NCBI GenBank assembly: GCA_037439965.1
Contig: JBBIVB010000002.1
Location: forward strand, 1 to 61,411
DNA: 61,411 nt
DNA from: Candidatus Veblenbacteria bacterium
GTDB lineage: Bacteria > Patescibacteriota > Patescibacteriia > Veblenbacterales > UBA10138
Reading direction: 5' to 3'
Part shown: positions 27,301-36,002 of the stretch, piece by piece
How positions within the stretch are numbered: position 1 is the first letter of the stretch
How the letters are laid out: the number at the start of each line of letters is the position of its first letter
Notes under the pieces: model-generated
Told to the model about the DNA's origin: nothing
The model's input: only the letters and a program-made list of their open reading frames with translations
The model's database searches: none
Translations under genes and position numbers: made by a program

Positions 27301-29553
27301 AATGACGATATTCCAGAGAGAATTAGGGTAGAGCAAGATAATACCAATCAAGATAATACCAATACTGAAGAAAGCAAAGAGGTATGGTCTACAAAAAAAC
27401 AAGAGGATTTATTCTTGGGTCTTAAAGGCTATTGTTTAGAGAAAGATGATTCCCGTTCTATTAATAATCGTCGTGATAGCCCTTGCCTTACTTGGCTTCC
27501 TTTGGATATTTTAGGGGGAGAATTATCTATCTATGATTATGCTCCAGCAGCTGGTTATCAAGCTGATAATTCTTACTATTGCAGTCAGGCTAAAGGCAAT
27601 TGGAAAGACTTCCTAAAAAAGAATAATTACTCTCAAAATAACTATCAATATGCTACTCATTATAAATATAAAGGATCAGCTACAGCCGGCCCTTCTGATT
27701 ATCCTTATTATTACGCTGGAGACGACGGAATAAAAGATTGTGGCTCTGTGAAGGATTTAAACAACAAAAAAAATTGGTATTGTGGTAATGAGAACTATTG
27801 TGCCTCTGCTTTAGTTGATAAAGTCGTGATATTTCCCGTGCAGGCAACGGATGTTGAGAAACAGCTTAAGAAAGATGATATTCATAGTATTATAATTAAT
27901 GTTGATGAAAACACTGGCGGTGGTTATGGAGGTCATTATCTTCAGCAAGATTTTACACTAAATCGAAGTAATAATTGGTGTACATATGTTCTTCATAGGA
28001 AGCTTGATAGTAATTTTGAGCGAGCAGAAGATAAAAGTATTTGTACCAACATACCAGGCAACTATCTTGTTTCACCATCCTTAGGTTATGGTATGGTGGG
28101 CTGTAATTCAAATGAAGATTGGGTAGCTATTAAGGCGGTATTTGATTCTAACTCAACAAAACTGTTGGGTTATAATATGGCTAAGTGTGATGGTTCACCA
28201 GATACCGGTGGAGCTGTAATGTGTAATTTTAGAATTAATTTATTTGAGTATTGTACTAATGTTGTTCAAACAACGCATGGCACCGAAAATAAAGCTTGGA
28301 CAGACAGAATTTTACGTAATAATAATTTTGAAGCCGTTCCCGGTGCCATTACTGAACTTGGATTTAATGTTAATAGATCACCTTGGCCATATGGTAGAAT
28401 AACAAAGCATCCTGATAAGCAGTTGTTTGTTTTAAGTGATAAATTTGGAAGAGAGATCTATGATAATAAATTTTTTACAGTTTCTACCCCTTTTGGTTGT
28501 CAAGGTGTTTGTGGTAGTCCACCTAATAATAATAATAATATAAAGCAGGGAATGTGCATTTCTGATGATATTAATACTTTAGGCAATCCTTGTAATAATT
28601 CTGGTGAATGCGGTGATCCTGGTATTTGTACTGGTTATATTTATAGTGTATGTGAAAGCGGCATTAACAAAGGAAAATTATGTACCAAAAATTCTGATTG
28701 TGGCAGTGATTCGTCGTGTGTTTCTTTTAGTAAACAAATATCTAACACCAACCAAACAGAAGGTGTGCGTCGGGTTCAGGAATTGTTTGCTAAAGTATAT
28801 GATTTCTTCTCTTATGATTATTCTAATAGCCGTTACATTTCTGAAATTTCTACTGTTATCGATAATGATATAAGTTTGAAAGATGAGGGTGCTTTAGATA
28901 CCCTTAACAAAGTGCCTCATCGTCCAGATGTTAGAGAAGTAATGTTTGATTCAGATAAAAAAATGAATTACGAAGGCAATACTGGTTTTACTTTAAGTTC
29001 TGATTTTGGCTCTATAAATTCTACTGACGGAAAAGCCTTAATTTTAAATTCGCCAGCGGCGGTGACGGCTAAATTTTATGCTTACAATGCTAACGGCGAA
29101 CAAATGCCATTAACCGAAGTGAGAGTTGATTGGTTTGGCGATTATTTAAATTCAGCCGGCGCCAAAGGTAAATATAAAAACCATAAGCATATGTGCCAGC
29201 CGATGACTATCAAAAATTCGGATAATATTGATATTGCCAATCCTAATTATAACTTTGGCGATTCAACACAGGCTTGTATTGATGATTCCGTAGAATCTTT
29301 AGGTTATTTCAGCTTTACCAGTATATTGACTTGTTCTGTTGATGGGGCAGGGCTTCCATCTTGCTCCTCGGTTTCTGGCAACAAGGCTTGTTGGGATCAA
29401 ACTTTACAAGCCTGTGTTTACAAACCTCGTGTTTATGTAGAAGATAACTGGGAGTGGTGTGCTACTGGAGAGAAAGGTAACAAATGCGATCCTTCTAATA
29501 ATAAAGCTTGGCTTAATATGTCTGGCGCTGGTAAGATAATTGTTTATCCGTAA
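21388..29553 (+). CDS. giant (2721 aa) cysteine-rich secreted or surface protein
   Basis: An uninterrupted 8.2-kb ORF with an N-terminal TM/signal (WLIASLLVVSFLVYGFVFFA). Nine copies of C-x(4-7)-GC-x-x-[FYL] are present, e.g. EQGCTAFW, SAGCEEFT, QDGCEQFT and AQGCTAFS. A CBM4/9-like segment (VNPSFEE...NGGFED) is also present. Confidence 0.8.
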   Translation: MSWFHQLPTKTRHWLIASLLVVSFLVYGFVFFAQPRPASAFLGFGDITFDINSLSHFIWNKIQKAWEDVWKHAVSVAYKNAVRTFTQRIAYDMAVYISSGGAGQKPMFVTQPVGKYLENVADDAAGDFLDTLSKESGYLKQGLCEPVDLRAKLTIQMPMFNEIKPRKPKCSLSDIKKNLEKSWEEAKDYYSNISLSDYQQFFDLTQNDLGIAFEVLGKSEEKILKEIGGKSLEQQMTQGFKNVGSFISNYIKTPGKVISETPGSALESASRQENFTGDVIADALGVFTNTLISRLQKRIFQKGLAPVGGGSGGGPSSIFGPSATIGIEYAIQVNSSLSTPNLVIDTSQMDIISELLNCPDIRYASVNNCTLDQSFATALRQAEEGQALTLREAIAKGYVNGNWKFANIRPMDIRRPDAWYLTDLRKLRKARIIPVGWELAAEKFPGKTLNEVMNGFNDQNSPYWHLIDPDWVLRAPPAQCRLKGAGQILQSQGPNREETCVDTEQCVAEKDDGSCVAWGYCLAEKNTWRFWGDSCELPVGSGRAPYATCQTFKDKNNNELSLLTNSLANYNDDICNDSSVSCRWYSWAPLNTDTVVGPDRYSSEEVDKIYLKNLDKLSCTTSEQGCTAFWRATNINDAELVARGATGAEPIERLVNYVSTTAGEQYISYASLNKVYLREAPQYLNCYDVDGAGDPISANDSPQCKNYASLCSSQEVGCELYTPADGSPKVPAVVQAQDYCPDVCVGFNRYTQASVFFEKKPATNFDFIPSSAQTCPAQSAGCEEFTNLDQSTEQGEKREYYVELRQCIDISDSRAGTFYTWVGSELPGFQLKSWQLQTADDGSPYTVDGLGECREAPTFPFPASNPDCKQFYDINGNIYYRFASKTVSASDSCYRYRATNITQDDCTATNGSWDTGLNACIYNAIPGEGKACKAKYNGCREYRGPTSAASQLLFPVSTFGDPEPITNYPLDASFTSGWGSGQNTKDALSITGHAYASGTGNPPYVSPTITRVIPAGVAKAGHKYLFTFWAKRYTTTNNLTIESQPNDTYLWDIDISTIGLSDDWREYQVEEKLDENLADTLNNFGAFLRFKSTYPFVIDNIVARDVSDTFYLVKNSWQTPAVCEAQFLGCQRYTNSKQQTLFATGFSSLCRQEAVGCEALINTQNSDSPQSETITSGTQTITIPADSLVYRVYDKTKSCPANAEACRPIGQPVLDASGAITSWGDKLVKLDPDNFNPQKNINSPLCERSQDGCEQFTSESGVSYFKDPGLALCEYRQSDGRWYKKGSSELCNLLVNPSFEEQKDHGNNLIVNGGFEDSILSNWMPSSANTWMLTKQEFYLGSQSVKMATNKGGYLRQTIRLIPNQAYTARVFTKADNDTRRTLHVFGCGVDLFDFSQNAGSWEKLQITYIPTTSACTIELAVNSGSSEIYFDNTSVFLAEDFRGWVRNGKIYYSSLGSALTTLSAINSIPGRYWESKVLEIESSDEQYSGVWSDWVDVGVKNEERYFTISANLYVPDIPQNANLSYWRISPHVTPEVNNMNCAIRPSTGVSTCHHYDFVSPAPQAEDRTVTIADKGKWVHKKFTIKADPDIRYVSVGVITNENCSVAGGCRANQVVYVDQVNITEGILDPAYTCPSEAQGCTAFSDPQLTQSIFYYLDNNKLDKNSCNGKVSEKGGCLLFANYNDANLRWNSNATYAKSAEGVATAPENTGNLDTNIILKVGRSRVCAEWATCQNSAITYDAQSGQSRSICYLLGRCDKAGDIASNKCSNWKVINNPQPLELASYQTRSIDFNSPDLSGYTIPHQYPIDTLTQKNYSTSHNDIRLTYINKIIKACSGPAIDEGKPCTTDADCVNDCKSTLRCGGTGDVCDLIGQTAPNCSDDNPCSYADVGIDGSGPGDQNKNTLAKLCRIYPQPDAPFPSSLAKFDADGNIQSRDTGFKDANICQTGEDCECNYKQVKFSGGEQRYYSFNNDDIPERIRVEQDNTNQDNTNTEESKEVWSTKKQEDLFLGLKGYCLEKDDSRSINNRRDSPCLTWLPLDILGGELSIYDYAPAAGYQADNSYYCSQAKGNWKDFLKKNNYSQNNYQYATHYKYKGSATAGPSDYPYYYAGDDGIKDCGSVKDLNNKKNWYCGNENYCASALVDKVVIFPVQATDVEKQLKKDDIHSIIINVDENTGGGYGGHYLQQDFTLNRSNNWCTYVLHRKLDSNFERAEDKSICTNIPGNYLVSPSLGYGMVGCNSNEDWVAIKAVFDSNSTKLLGYNMAKCDGSPDTGGAVMCNFRINLFEYCTNVVQTTHGTENKAWTDRILRNNNFEAVPGAITELGFNVNRSPWPYGRITKHPDKQLFVLSDKFGREIYDNKFFTVSTPFGCQGVCGSPPNNNNNIKQGMCISDDINTLGNPCNNSGECGDPGICTGYIYSVCESGINKGKLCTKNSDCGSDSSCVSFSKQISNTNQTEGVRRVQELFAKVYDFFSYDYSNSRYISEISTVIDNDISLKDEGALDTLNKVPHRPDVREVMFDSDKKMNYEGNTGFTLSSDFGSINSTDGKALILNSPAAVTAKFYAYNANGEQMPLTEVRVDWFGDYLNSAGAKGKYKNHKHMCQPMTIKNSDNIDIANPNYNFGDSTQACIDDSVESLGYFSFTSILTCSVDGAGLPSCSSVSGNKACWDQTLQACVYKPRVYVEDNWEWCATGEKGNKCDPSNNKAWLNMSGAGKIIVYP

Positions 29554-29573
29554 AATTTAGCGAGTTAGTTTTT

Positions 29574-29605
29574 AAAAAACAGGCTTCAAGAGAGGCCTGT
29601 TTTTG
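29574..29605 (+). terminator. rho-independent terminator after the giant gene
   Basis: AAAAAACAGGC - loop - GCCTGTTTTTG. Confidence 0.7.
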
Positions 29606-29661
29606 TTACTATTAATTAACGATGATTATTAGTTTTTATCTGTTATATTTATATTAATATT

Positions 29662-29690
29662 TGCAAAAAATATAATTTTGTGTTATAATT
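29662..29690 (+). promoter_or_regulatory. promoter TTGCAA-17-TATAAT with TG extension
   Basis: TTGCAA at 29662-29667 and TGTTATAAT at 29682-29690, about 100 nt upstream of 29794. Confidence 0.6.
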
Positions 29691-29793
29691 TAACTACTAT
29701 TAAACCATATTTAGTGGTAAAATTAGTTATAGATTTACATATAGATTTAAAAAGATAAAAATTTTTCAACCTAAACCTAAAAATAACCCACGC

Positions 29794-32775
29794 ATGCGCG
29801 TATCATTTAGTTTATTAGCTAAATTAAAACGGTTAATAATACCTACCAAGGCAGCTTGGCTAGGGATGATTATCTTAACCGTTGTTTTGTTGTTAATAGC
29901 TTTTCCTGTTTATGCTGGTTTAGGTCAAGCTTTAGGTAATTTTTTGTTATGGATTGCTAGATTATTTGCCAATCTAACCGTTACTCTGATTGACATTTTA
30001 TTAGCCGTAGCTAAATACAATAATTTTATTAATGCGCCAGCTATAGAAGTCGGTTGGGTGATAATGCGTGATCTGATGAATATGTTTTTTATCGTGATGT
30101 TGTTGCTTATAGCTTTCGGTACGGTTTTTAGAATAGATAATTACCACTACCGCCATCACTTAGGCAAGCTTTTAATTATGGCGGTGCTGATTAATTTTTC
30201 CAAAGCCATCACTGGTTTTATGATAGATGTTTCACAGGTAGCAATGCTAACTTTTGTTAATGGTTTTGCTCAAGCAGCTGCAGGTAATTTTGTACAAGGT
30301 TTACATTTGAATAAAATGTTTCAGTTTTCTCAAAATCCTGATAATCCAGGACAAGCTAGTGAGTGGACATTATTTACCGCTGCTTTGTTAGGTTTGATTG
30401 TTGTGATTATGACAACAGTGGTGGTGGGTATATTTGTGATAGTATTTATTGTACGTATTGTAGCTTTATGGTTTTTAATTATTATTTCTCCCCTAGCTTA
30501 TATCTTGAATATTTTCCCAGGCAGAAGCCAGGAATACGCTTCAATGTGGTGGAATTATTTTATAAAGTATGCTTCAGCTGGTCCGATTTTAGCTTTCTTT
30601 TTATGGTTGTCGCTTTCAGTGATGCAGATGACGCAGGGTAATACTTCTACCAATTTATTAAATAATGGAAATATAACCAATAGTGAAGGTGGGTTTGGTT
30701 TATCTAAGATTGTTTCGTCTTCAATAACAGAAATTGGTTCTTCACCAGTACTACTCTCTTTTATTATCAATATAATTTTATTAATCGGCGCACTATGGAT
30801 GACCCAGAAACTCGGTGTCGCCGGCGGCCAACTCGCTGGCGCGGCTATAGCGAAGATGCAAAGATTAGGGATGGGTGTTATTAAAACACCATTTAAGGGG
30901 GTGTGGAAGGCTACTAAAGCAGCGGCTAGTAGAGCTAATGAGAAAATAGTGAATGCTACTGGCGGCAGATTGAGTCTTGATTATAGAGATTATGTAAAAT
31001 CATATAAAAAAGTTAGAGCAGAACGTCGGCGCGAAAGATATAGAGGATTTGAGGGTCAGACGAAAAAATATTTTAGAGAATTTGGAGTCAGTCCAACTGG
31101 CATTGCTAAATTTGTATTAGGAGCGATCCCTCGTCATCGGATTCAAAAGCAACAAGAGCAAGATAGTAAAAGAATGGTTGAATTAACTGAAAAATTAGAA
31201 AGACCAAACAAAGCTGCTGAAAAACGTAAACAGTTACAGGAAGAAGAGAATCAACTCACGGGGCAAATGAGTAGTTTAGAAAAAGAACGTGAGGCGCTAC
31301 AATTAGATTCGCAACTTAATCCAAAAAATGTGGCTGCTAATACTAATCGTATAAATGAAATTAATAGTAAAATAAACGATACGCAAAATAAATTAGCAAG
31401 GAATAATGTTCTTCAGGGGATGACAGACCAAGAGCTGGAACAGCAGGTTAATATTGAATTGAAGGCAGATATTCGTAAATTAATGAAAGAAATACAAGAT
31501 TTAAATCCAGTAGTAAATTTGATACCATTATTAGACTACGATAAGATAATAGATTTTCACAAAAAACAACTTAGTAAAACCGATGCCGATTTAGTTAAAC
31601 AAGATACAGATCTTAATAAAGAAAAGGCCACTTTACAAAATAAATTACTGCTTACTAAAGATAAATATGAGGCTAATAAAATAAAGGAGCAAATAGATAA
31701 AATAAATCAACAATTAACAGAAGTTAAAACTAAACATATAAGTATTCTACAAGAGAAAGATGCGCTTAATGGAATAACGGAGCCAGTTGCTCGTGAACAG
31801 AAAGCACGTGAATTACAGAGTATATATGAAAGCAAACAAAAGAATTTAGTTGAACAACAAGCAGTTTTAAGTGAACGTTTTAATACTGCCGATCTTACTC
31901 AATCAGAACGTGAAATGATACTTAATGAAGTCAACAAACTTAAGAAAATTATAAAAGAAAGAAAAGAAGCTTGGTATCAACCGAAAGAATCAGGGGAATA
32001 TTATATAGAAAGAGAAAGAAGAAGATCGGTGGCTGAAGAAAAACAAAAGATAACCTCAAAGAATGCGGAAGAATTAATTGCCGACCACGAGGCGGCGATT
32101 AAGGCAAAGAATGAATATCAAGCTATGGCTTATGCAGAAAAATTAGCAGAAGATGGTAATTTAAATACATTAATAAATCATTATGGTAGAACAGGAGTAT
32201 TATCTAAAACTAAAGGTAAGAGCAATTTTGAGGGACTTAATGAATACAGAGAAAAAGTTTTACAAGGTCAATTGGGTTTAGATGAACAAACAGCTTATAG
32301 ATACCAAAATGATTTATCTTATATTGCTGAAGCGCTTGGGCAGTGGGCTTTGGCTCGCAGTGTTGGATTTAATGTTGATAATCGTAAATTCTATAAGTTA
32401 TCTGAAAAAGAACATACTGCGTCGGCTTTGACTGAAATATTAAAAATGGACCCGCAACGTATAAGTTCTTCCCTTACTCGTTTGGCTTATGGTGGAGAAG
32501 TGGTACAGCCAGACGGTACACTAAAATTTGACATAGATGCTTTAGGTAAGGCCATTGCTATAGCTACCGCTAATGCTGTACAAAACCACATGAATCGTTT
32601 TCAGATTAGTACCGCCACCAACTTAATACAACCGCATGTATTGGATCAATTAAAACTGTTGGTAGCTCAAGGTAAAATATCACAAGAATATATTAACGGT
32701 TTATTAAGACGTGTTTGGTCAGCTCAAGAGAAAACAGTTGCACAAATTATTAATTATTTACGCGGTAGTATATAA
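29794..32775 (+). CDS. TrbL/VirB6-like polytopic membrane protein with a long coiled-coil C-terminal domain
   Basis: The N-terminal ~350 aa has about 7 TM segments in a VirB6-like arrangement. The C-terminal ~600 aa is K/E/Q-rich with heptad character. Confidence 0.6.
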   Translation: MRVSFSLLAKLKRLIIPTKAAWLGMIILTVVLLLIAFPVYAGLGQALGNFLLWIARLFANLTVTLIDILLAVAKYNNFINAPAIEVGWVIMRDLMNMFFIVMLLLIAFGTVFRIDNYHYRHHLGKLLIMAVLINFSKAITGFMIDVSQVAMLTFVNGFAQAAAGNFVQGLHLNKMFQFSQNPDNPGQASEWTLFTAALLGLIVVIMTTVVVGIFVIVFIVRIVALWFLIIISPLAYILNIFPGRSQEYASMWWNYFIKYASAGPILAFFLWLSLSVMQMTQGNTSTNLLNNGNITNSEGGFGLSKIVSSSITEIGSSPVLLSFIINIILLIGALWMTQKLGVAGGQLAGAAIAKMQRLGMGVIKTPFKGVWKATKAAASRANEKIVNATGGRLSLDYRDYVKSYKKVRAERRRERYRGFEGQTKKYFREFGVSPTGIAKFVLGAIPRHRIQKQQEQDSKRMVELTEKLERPNKAAEKRKQLQEEENQLTGQMSSLEKEREALQLDSQLNPKNVAANTNRINEINSKINDTQNKLARNNVLQGMTDQELEQQVNIELKADIRKLMKEIQDLNPVVNLIPLLDYDKIIDFHKKQLSKTDADLVKQDTDLNKEKATLQNKLLLTKDKYEANKIKEQIDKINQQLTEVKTKHISILQEKDALNGITEPVAREQKARELQSIYESKQKNLVEQQAVLSERFNTADLTQSEREMILNEVNKLKKIIKERKEAWYQPKESGEYYIERERRRSVAEEKQKITSKNAEELIADHEAAIKAKNEYQAMAYAEKLAEDGNLNTLINHYGRTGVLSKTKGKSNFEGLNEYREKVLQGQLGLDEQTAYRYQNDLSYIAEALGQWALARSVGFNVDNRKFYKLSEKEHTASALTEILKMDPQRISSSLTRLAYGGEVVQPDGTLKFDIDALGKAIAIATANAVQNHMNRFQISTATNLIQPHVLDQLKLLVAQGKISQEYINGLLRRVWSAQEKTVAQIINYLRGSI

Positions 32776-32793
32776 ACTAGAGAAGATGTTTAT

Positions 32794-34596
32794 ATGGAAG
32801 AAAAAATATTCCATAAATCAACAAACAATGCTATGTCGGATATAAAAGTAAATCCAGATTATAATTTATTAGATTTTCGTATTTATGAAGAAATAGAAAA
32901 GTTTATCAAAGAGGAATTATTATTTGATGAGCCAGTTAAGATATCACATTTTGCACATAATTTAAATAATTTATTATTACAACAAAATATTAGTAGCGGC
33001 CAGCACCAAGAGTTAATAAATAAATATCAAACTTTGTTGACGCAACTTTATTTGGCCAGTCTACCACATTTATCAGAGGATGAATTGTTGAATTTGCTGC
33101 AAAATCACTTGATTCAGATTTTAGATGACAAGGTGAATATAAACGACATGTTGCGTATTTATATAATGATGCATTTTTTAGTTTTAGAAGAGAGGGACAT
33201 TTTTAAACATAAAATTATTGACATTTTGGAGAATAATAATGAATTAATTGGCGGTACTTGTGATATAGGAGATGGCAAACAATTAGACGGTGTTGGTCGC
33301 TGGTTAGCTTATCGTAGGTTTCGATTGGGTGTTGAGGATAAAATTAATATAGTTAAACAAAGCGAATTTTTAGTACAGGATAAAGCAATTATAAATTTAT
33401 CAATTAAGTCTCGTGAGCGGTTGAATAAATTATATCGTTTATATTGGCAACTTCACAAATCGTCTTTAACTCAAGAAGGTTGGGAAGACCCGGTAGTAGT
33501 GTTAGATAATGGTAGACTCAAATTTTTGTCAGATGGTATTTTGACAGATATTAATACGAAGGTTTGGAATATTGTTAATAATGTTATATCAGAGGAGATA
33601 ACCGCAAAAGACAAAGAACAAGAAAGTATAAAACCTATTAATCTCCAATCAACCCCTCAAGTAATGAAAAAACCAGAGCCAGCGTTTTTCTTTGATATCA
33701 ACGACGAGAAAGAAGCGGATCGCTATCGAGAGCCAATAACTAAGAGCCAATGGCCAAGGGCAGATAATTTGGAGAAAAATTTACGGCAGTTGGCCGAGGA
33801 GGTGATTAAAAATAACAATTTTAGATTTAAAGACGAAACATCTCATAAACGTTTTGTCAATCTATTTGTCTCTTATATGAAAGACGTGCGAGATGTAATG
33901 GAAGTAAAAGAAATGCTAACTAAAGAAATTGCTACGGGTGGTTTAGGTTTACAGCCAGATAAAGCAAATATAGTTTTGGATATTTTAAAGAAAGTGCATA
34001 ATGAGCTGCCAAAAAAGATGGAAGAGTGGAGTAAATTAGCCACCAGTTCCTTGCCGCCAGTTTCTAGTCAATCGCCAAACGAGGAACTAGTAACCAGGAA
34101 TGAATTACCAGAACAATTACCGCCGGGAGTAATAGCACCACCTGCTCCATTAAAAGAAGGAAATGAAGAAATAAAACCGGAACCTTGGCAGCAGATTCCT
34201 AATCTGCCACCAATACCAGAAACTCCCATTCAAACCACTAAAAAATTAGAAGATGTTAAAGCGCCGCCTAAAATTTTAGGACCAATTGAAGAATTAAGAC
34301 TTTTGAATCTAGTTGATTTTAGACGCTTGGGTACTGGCGCTTCGGATATAGCTAATAAAATTGTGGCTAAAATTCAACTGATTGGAGAAACCGGCATTGG
34401 ACGTAAGTATCAGGCAATTAGAGCTTGGCAAGCTTCTCCTGTTTATAGGATGTATGTTGATATTGGCATTCAAAGCATTGAACAGCAAAAGAAAGTTAGC
34501 GATATAATTTTAGCCAAACAGCAAGTTGGAGAAGAAACTTTAACCGTAGCAGAGTTTGAGGCAATTGTGGATTTAAACAAGAAGCTTCGTTTCTAA
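32794..34596 (+). CDS. hypothetical soluble protein with a Pro-rich linker
   Basis: 600-aa ORF with no TM segment. A PPVSSQSP...PPGVIAPPAPL...PNLPPIPETP segment is present. No recognisable motif. Confidence 0.5.
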   Translation: MEEKIFHKSTNNAMSDIKVNPDYNLLDFRIYEEIEKFIKEELLFDEPVKISHFAHNLNNLLLQQNISSGQHQELINKYQTLLTQLYLASLPHLSEDELLNLLQNHLIQILDDKVNINDMLRIYIMMHFLVLEERDIFKHKIIDILENNNELIGGTCDIGDGKQLDGVGRWLAYRRFRLGVEDKINIVKQSEFLVQDKAIINLSIKSRERLNKLYRLYWQLHKSSLTQEGWEDPVVVLDNGRLKFLSDGILTDINTKVWNIVNNVISEEITAKDKEQESIKPINLQSTPQVMKKPEPAFFFDINDEKEADRYREPITKSQWPRADNLEKNLRQLAEEVIKNNNFRFKDETSHKRFVNLFVSYMKDVRDVMEVKEMLTKEIATGGLGLQPDKANIVLDILKKVHNELPKKMEEWSKLATSSLPPVSSQSPNEELVTRNELPEQLPPGVIAPPAPLKEGNEEIKPEPWQQIPNLPPIPETPIQTTKKLEDVKAPPKILGPIEELRLLNLVDFRRLGTGASDIANKIVAKIQLIGETGIGRKYQAIRAWQASPVYRMYVDIGIQSIEQQKKVSDIILAKQQVGEETLTVAEFEAIVDLNKKLRF

Positions 34597-34605
34597 ATTT
34601 CTATT

Positions 34606-35082
34606 ATGCGGCAATTTGTAGTTCCACAATTTATAGATGTTGAGGATAAGATAATCGGCCCCATTACCACTAGACAATTTTTAATTATCTTAGCCGGTGG
34701 TTTGTCGCTATTTATCGAGTTTAAGCTATGCGATTTAATGTTATTTATTATTTTAGGAATTTTAACTATTGTTTTTACCTTAGCTTTTAGTTTCTTGAAA
34801 GTTAATAGTATGCCTTTGCATTTTTTTATAATAAATATTATCCAGACTTTTAAACGGCCAAAATTACGCGTTTGGGATAAAACACTTAACCCTAAGGAAA
34901 TTAAAGAGCTGCTTAATAAACAACAAGAGGAAGTAGTTGCTGTTACACCTCAAATTAAACCGCACGTAACCTTAACCCATTCACGCTTGCAGGAGTTATC
35001 TTTAATTGTAGATACCGGAGGAGCATATAAATCAGACAACGGGGAGTTAGAGGTAAAAGATACCAATGATAGAAAAATTTAG
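34606..35082 (+). CDS. PrgI-family (VirB3-like) small membrane protein
   Basis: The N-terminus MRQFVVPQFIDVEDKIIGPITTRQFLIILAGG is followed by two TM helices. This pattern is characteristic of PrgI family proteins encoded next to VirB4. Confidence 0.65.
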   Translation: MRQFVVPQFIDVEDKIIGPITTRQFLIILAGGLSLFIEFKLCDLMLFIILGILTIVFTLAFSFLKVNSMPLHFFIINIIQTFKRPKLRVWDKTLNPKEIKELLNKQQEEVVAVTPQIKPHVTLTHSRLQELSLIVDTGGAYKSDNGELEVKDTNDRKI

Positions 35083-35275
35083 TGTTATACTTAATTTGTA
35101 CTGATAATTCAAAATTAAAAAATCAAAATGCAAAATGACAAATTAGAATGGAAAAATCTTTATGTCACGATGAGGCAAGGCCGGAGCAGTCTAGATTACT
35201 TTGTTGGCACTTGCAATGAAAAGAAAAATATAAAAGACAATTTTGATTTTTGATATTTAATTTTAAATTTTTAAG

Positions 35276-35959
35276 ATGCCTTCTAAAAATAAATTAGCTA
35301 AAGCAAAAAAAGGACCACCCACTCAAACTTATTTAGATATAGTTGCTATTAAAGAGGATTGTGTGATGATGCGTGACAGTACACTGCGAGCAGTGGTTTT
35401 GTGTTCCTCGATTAATTTTGCTTTAAAAAGTGAGGAAGAGCAAAATGCCTTAATTCAAGCTTATGCCCAGTTTCTTAATTCCTTAGATTGGCCTTTACAG
35501 ATAGTTATTCAGTCACGTAAACTTAATATTGATAAATATGTGGAAGAGTTGCAGAATTTATCTAAACAGCAACCTAATGAATTATTGCGAGTATTAACTG
35601 ATGAATATTTATCTTATATCAAAGAGCTGGTTAGTTTAGGAGAAATTATGACTAAGCGTTTTTATATAGTGATTCCTTATAGTCATCTTTCTGATAAACG
35701 GCGTGGATTTTGGTTTAGATTAAAAAGCATTTTTAGCCTTGGCGAATATATACAATTATCTCGGGAAAACTTTGCTAAAAACAAAGAAGCTTTAGATAGG
35801 AGAGTAGATTTTGTGATATCAGGATTGGCTTCTATGAGTATTAAGGGCATACGTTTAGACACACAAGGATTGATTGAGCTTTATTATAATTCTTATAATC
35901 CAGAACTAGTAGAAACTCAGCCATTAAAAGAATTTGATAAATTACAGCTGGAAAGTTAA
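35276..35959 (+). CDS. hypothetical protein resembling the N-terminal domain of VirB4-type ATPases
   Basis: YLDIVAIKEDCVMMRDSTLRAVVLCSSINFALKSEEEQNALIQAYAQFLNSL parallels the N-terminus of the downstream VirB4 (IKVRDLISPSSFRVEPNRVELNGIMVRTIFVLSYP). No P-loop is present. Confidence 0.4.
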   Translation: MPSKNKLAKAKKGPPTQTYLDIVAIKEDCVMMRDSTLRAVVLCSSINFALKSEEEQNALIQAYAQFLNSLDWPLQIVIQSRKLNIDKYVEELQNLSKQQPNELLRVLTDEYLSYIKELVSLGEIMTKRFYIVIPYSHLSDKRRGFWFRLKSIFSLGEYIQLSRENFAKNKEALDRRVDFVISGLASMSIKGIRLDTQGLIELYYNSYNPELVETQPLKEFDKLQLES

Positions 35960-36002
35960 AATTATGTTTAATGTTTTATTTTAAATTTTAAATTCTTAAT
36001 CC

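Noticed and set aside
27334-27363. 15-bp tandem repeat CAAGATAATACCAAT x2 inside the giant gene (QDNTNQDNTN).
   Set aside because: It is in frame, has only two units and lies in a low-complexity acidic/Asn-rich linker. This is ordinary coding microduplication and not a separate feature.
35250-35278. TTGATA-16-TAAGAT as a promoter for ORF 35276 (and the equivalent upstream of 38572).
   Set aside because: The -10-like hexamer overlaps the ATG, so transcription would start inside the ORF. The sequence is better explained as part of a shared 5' leader.
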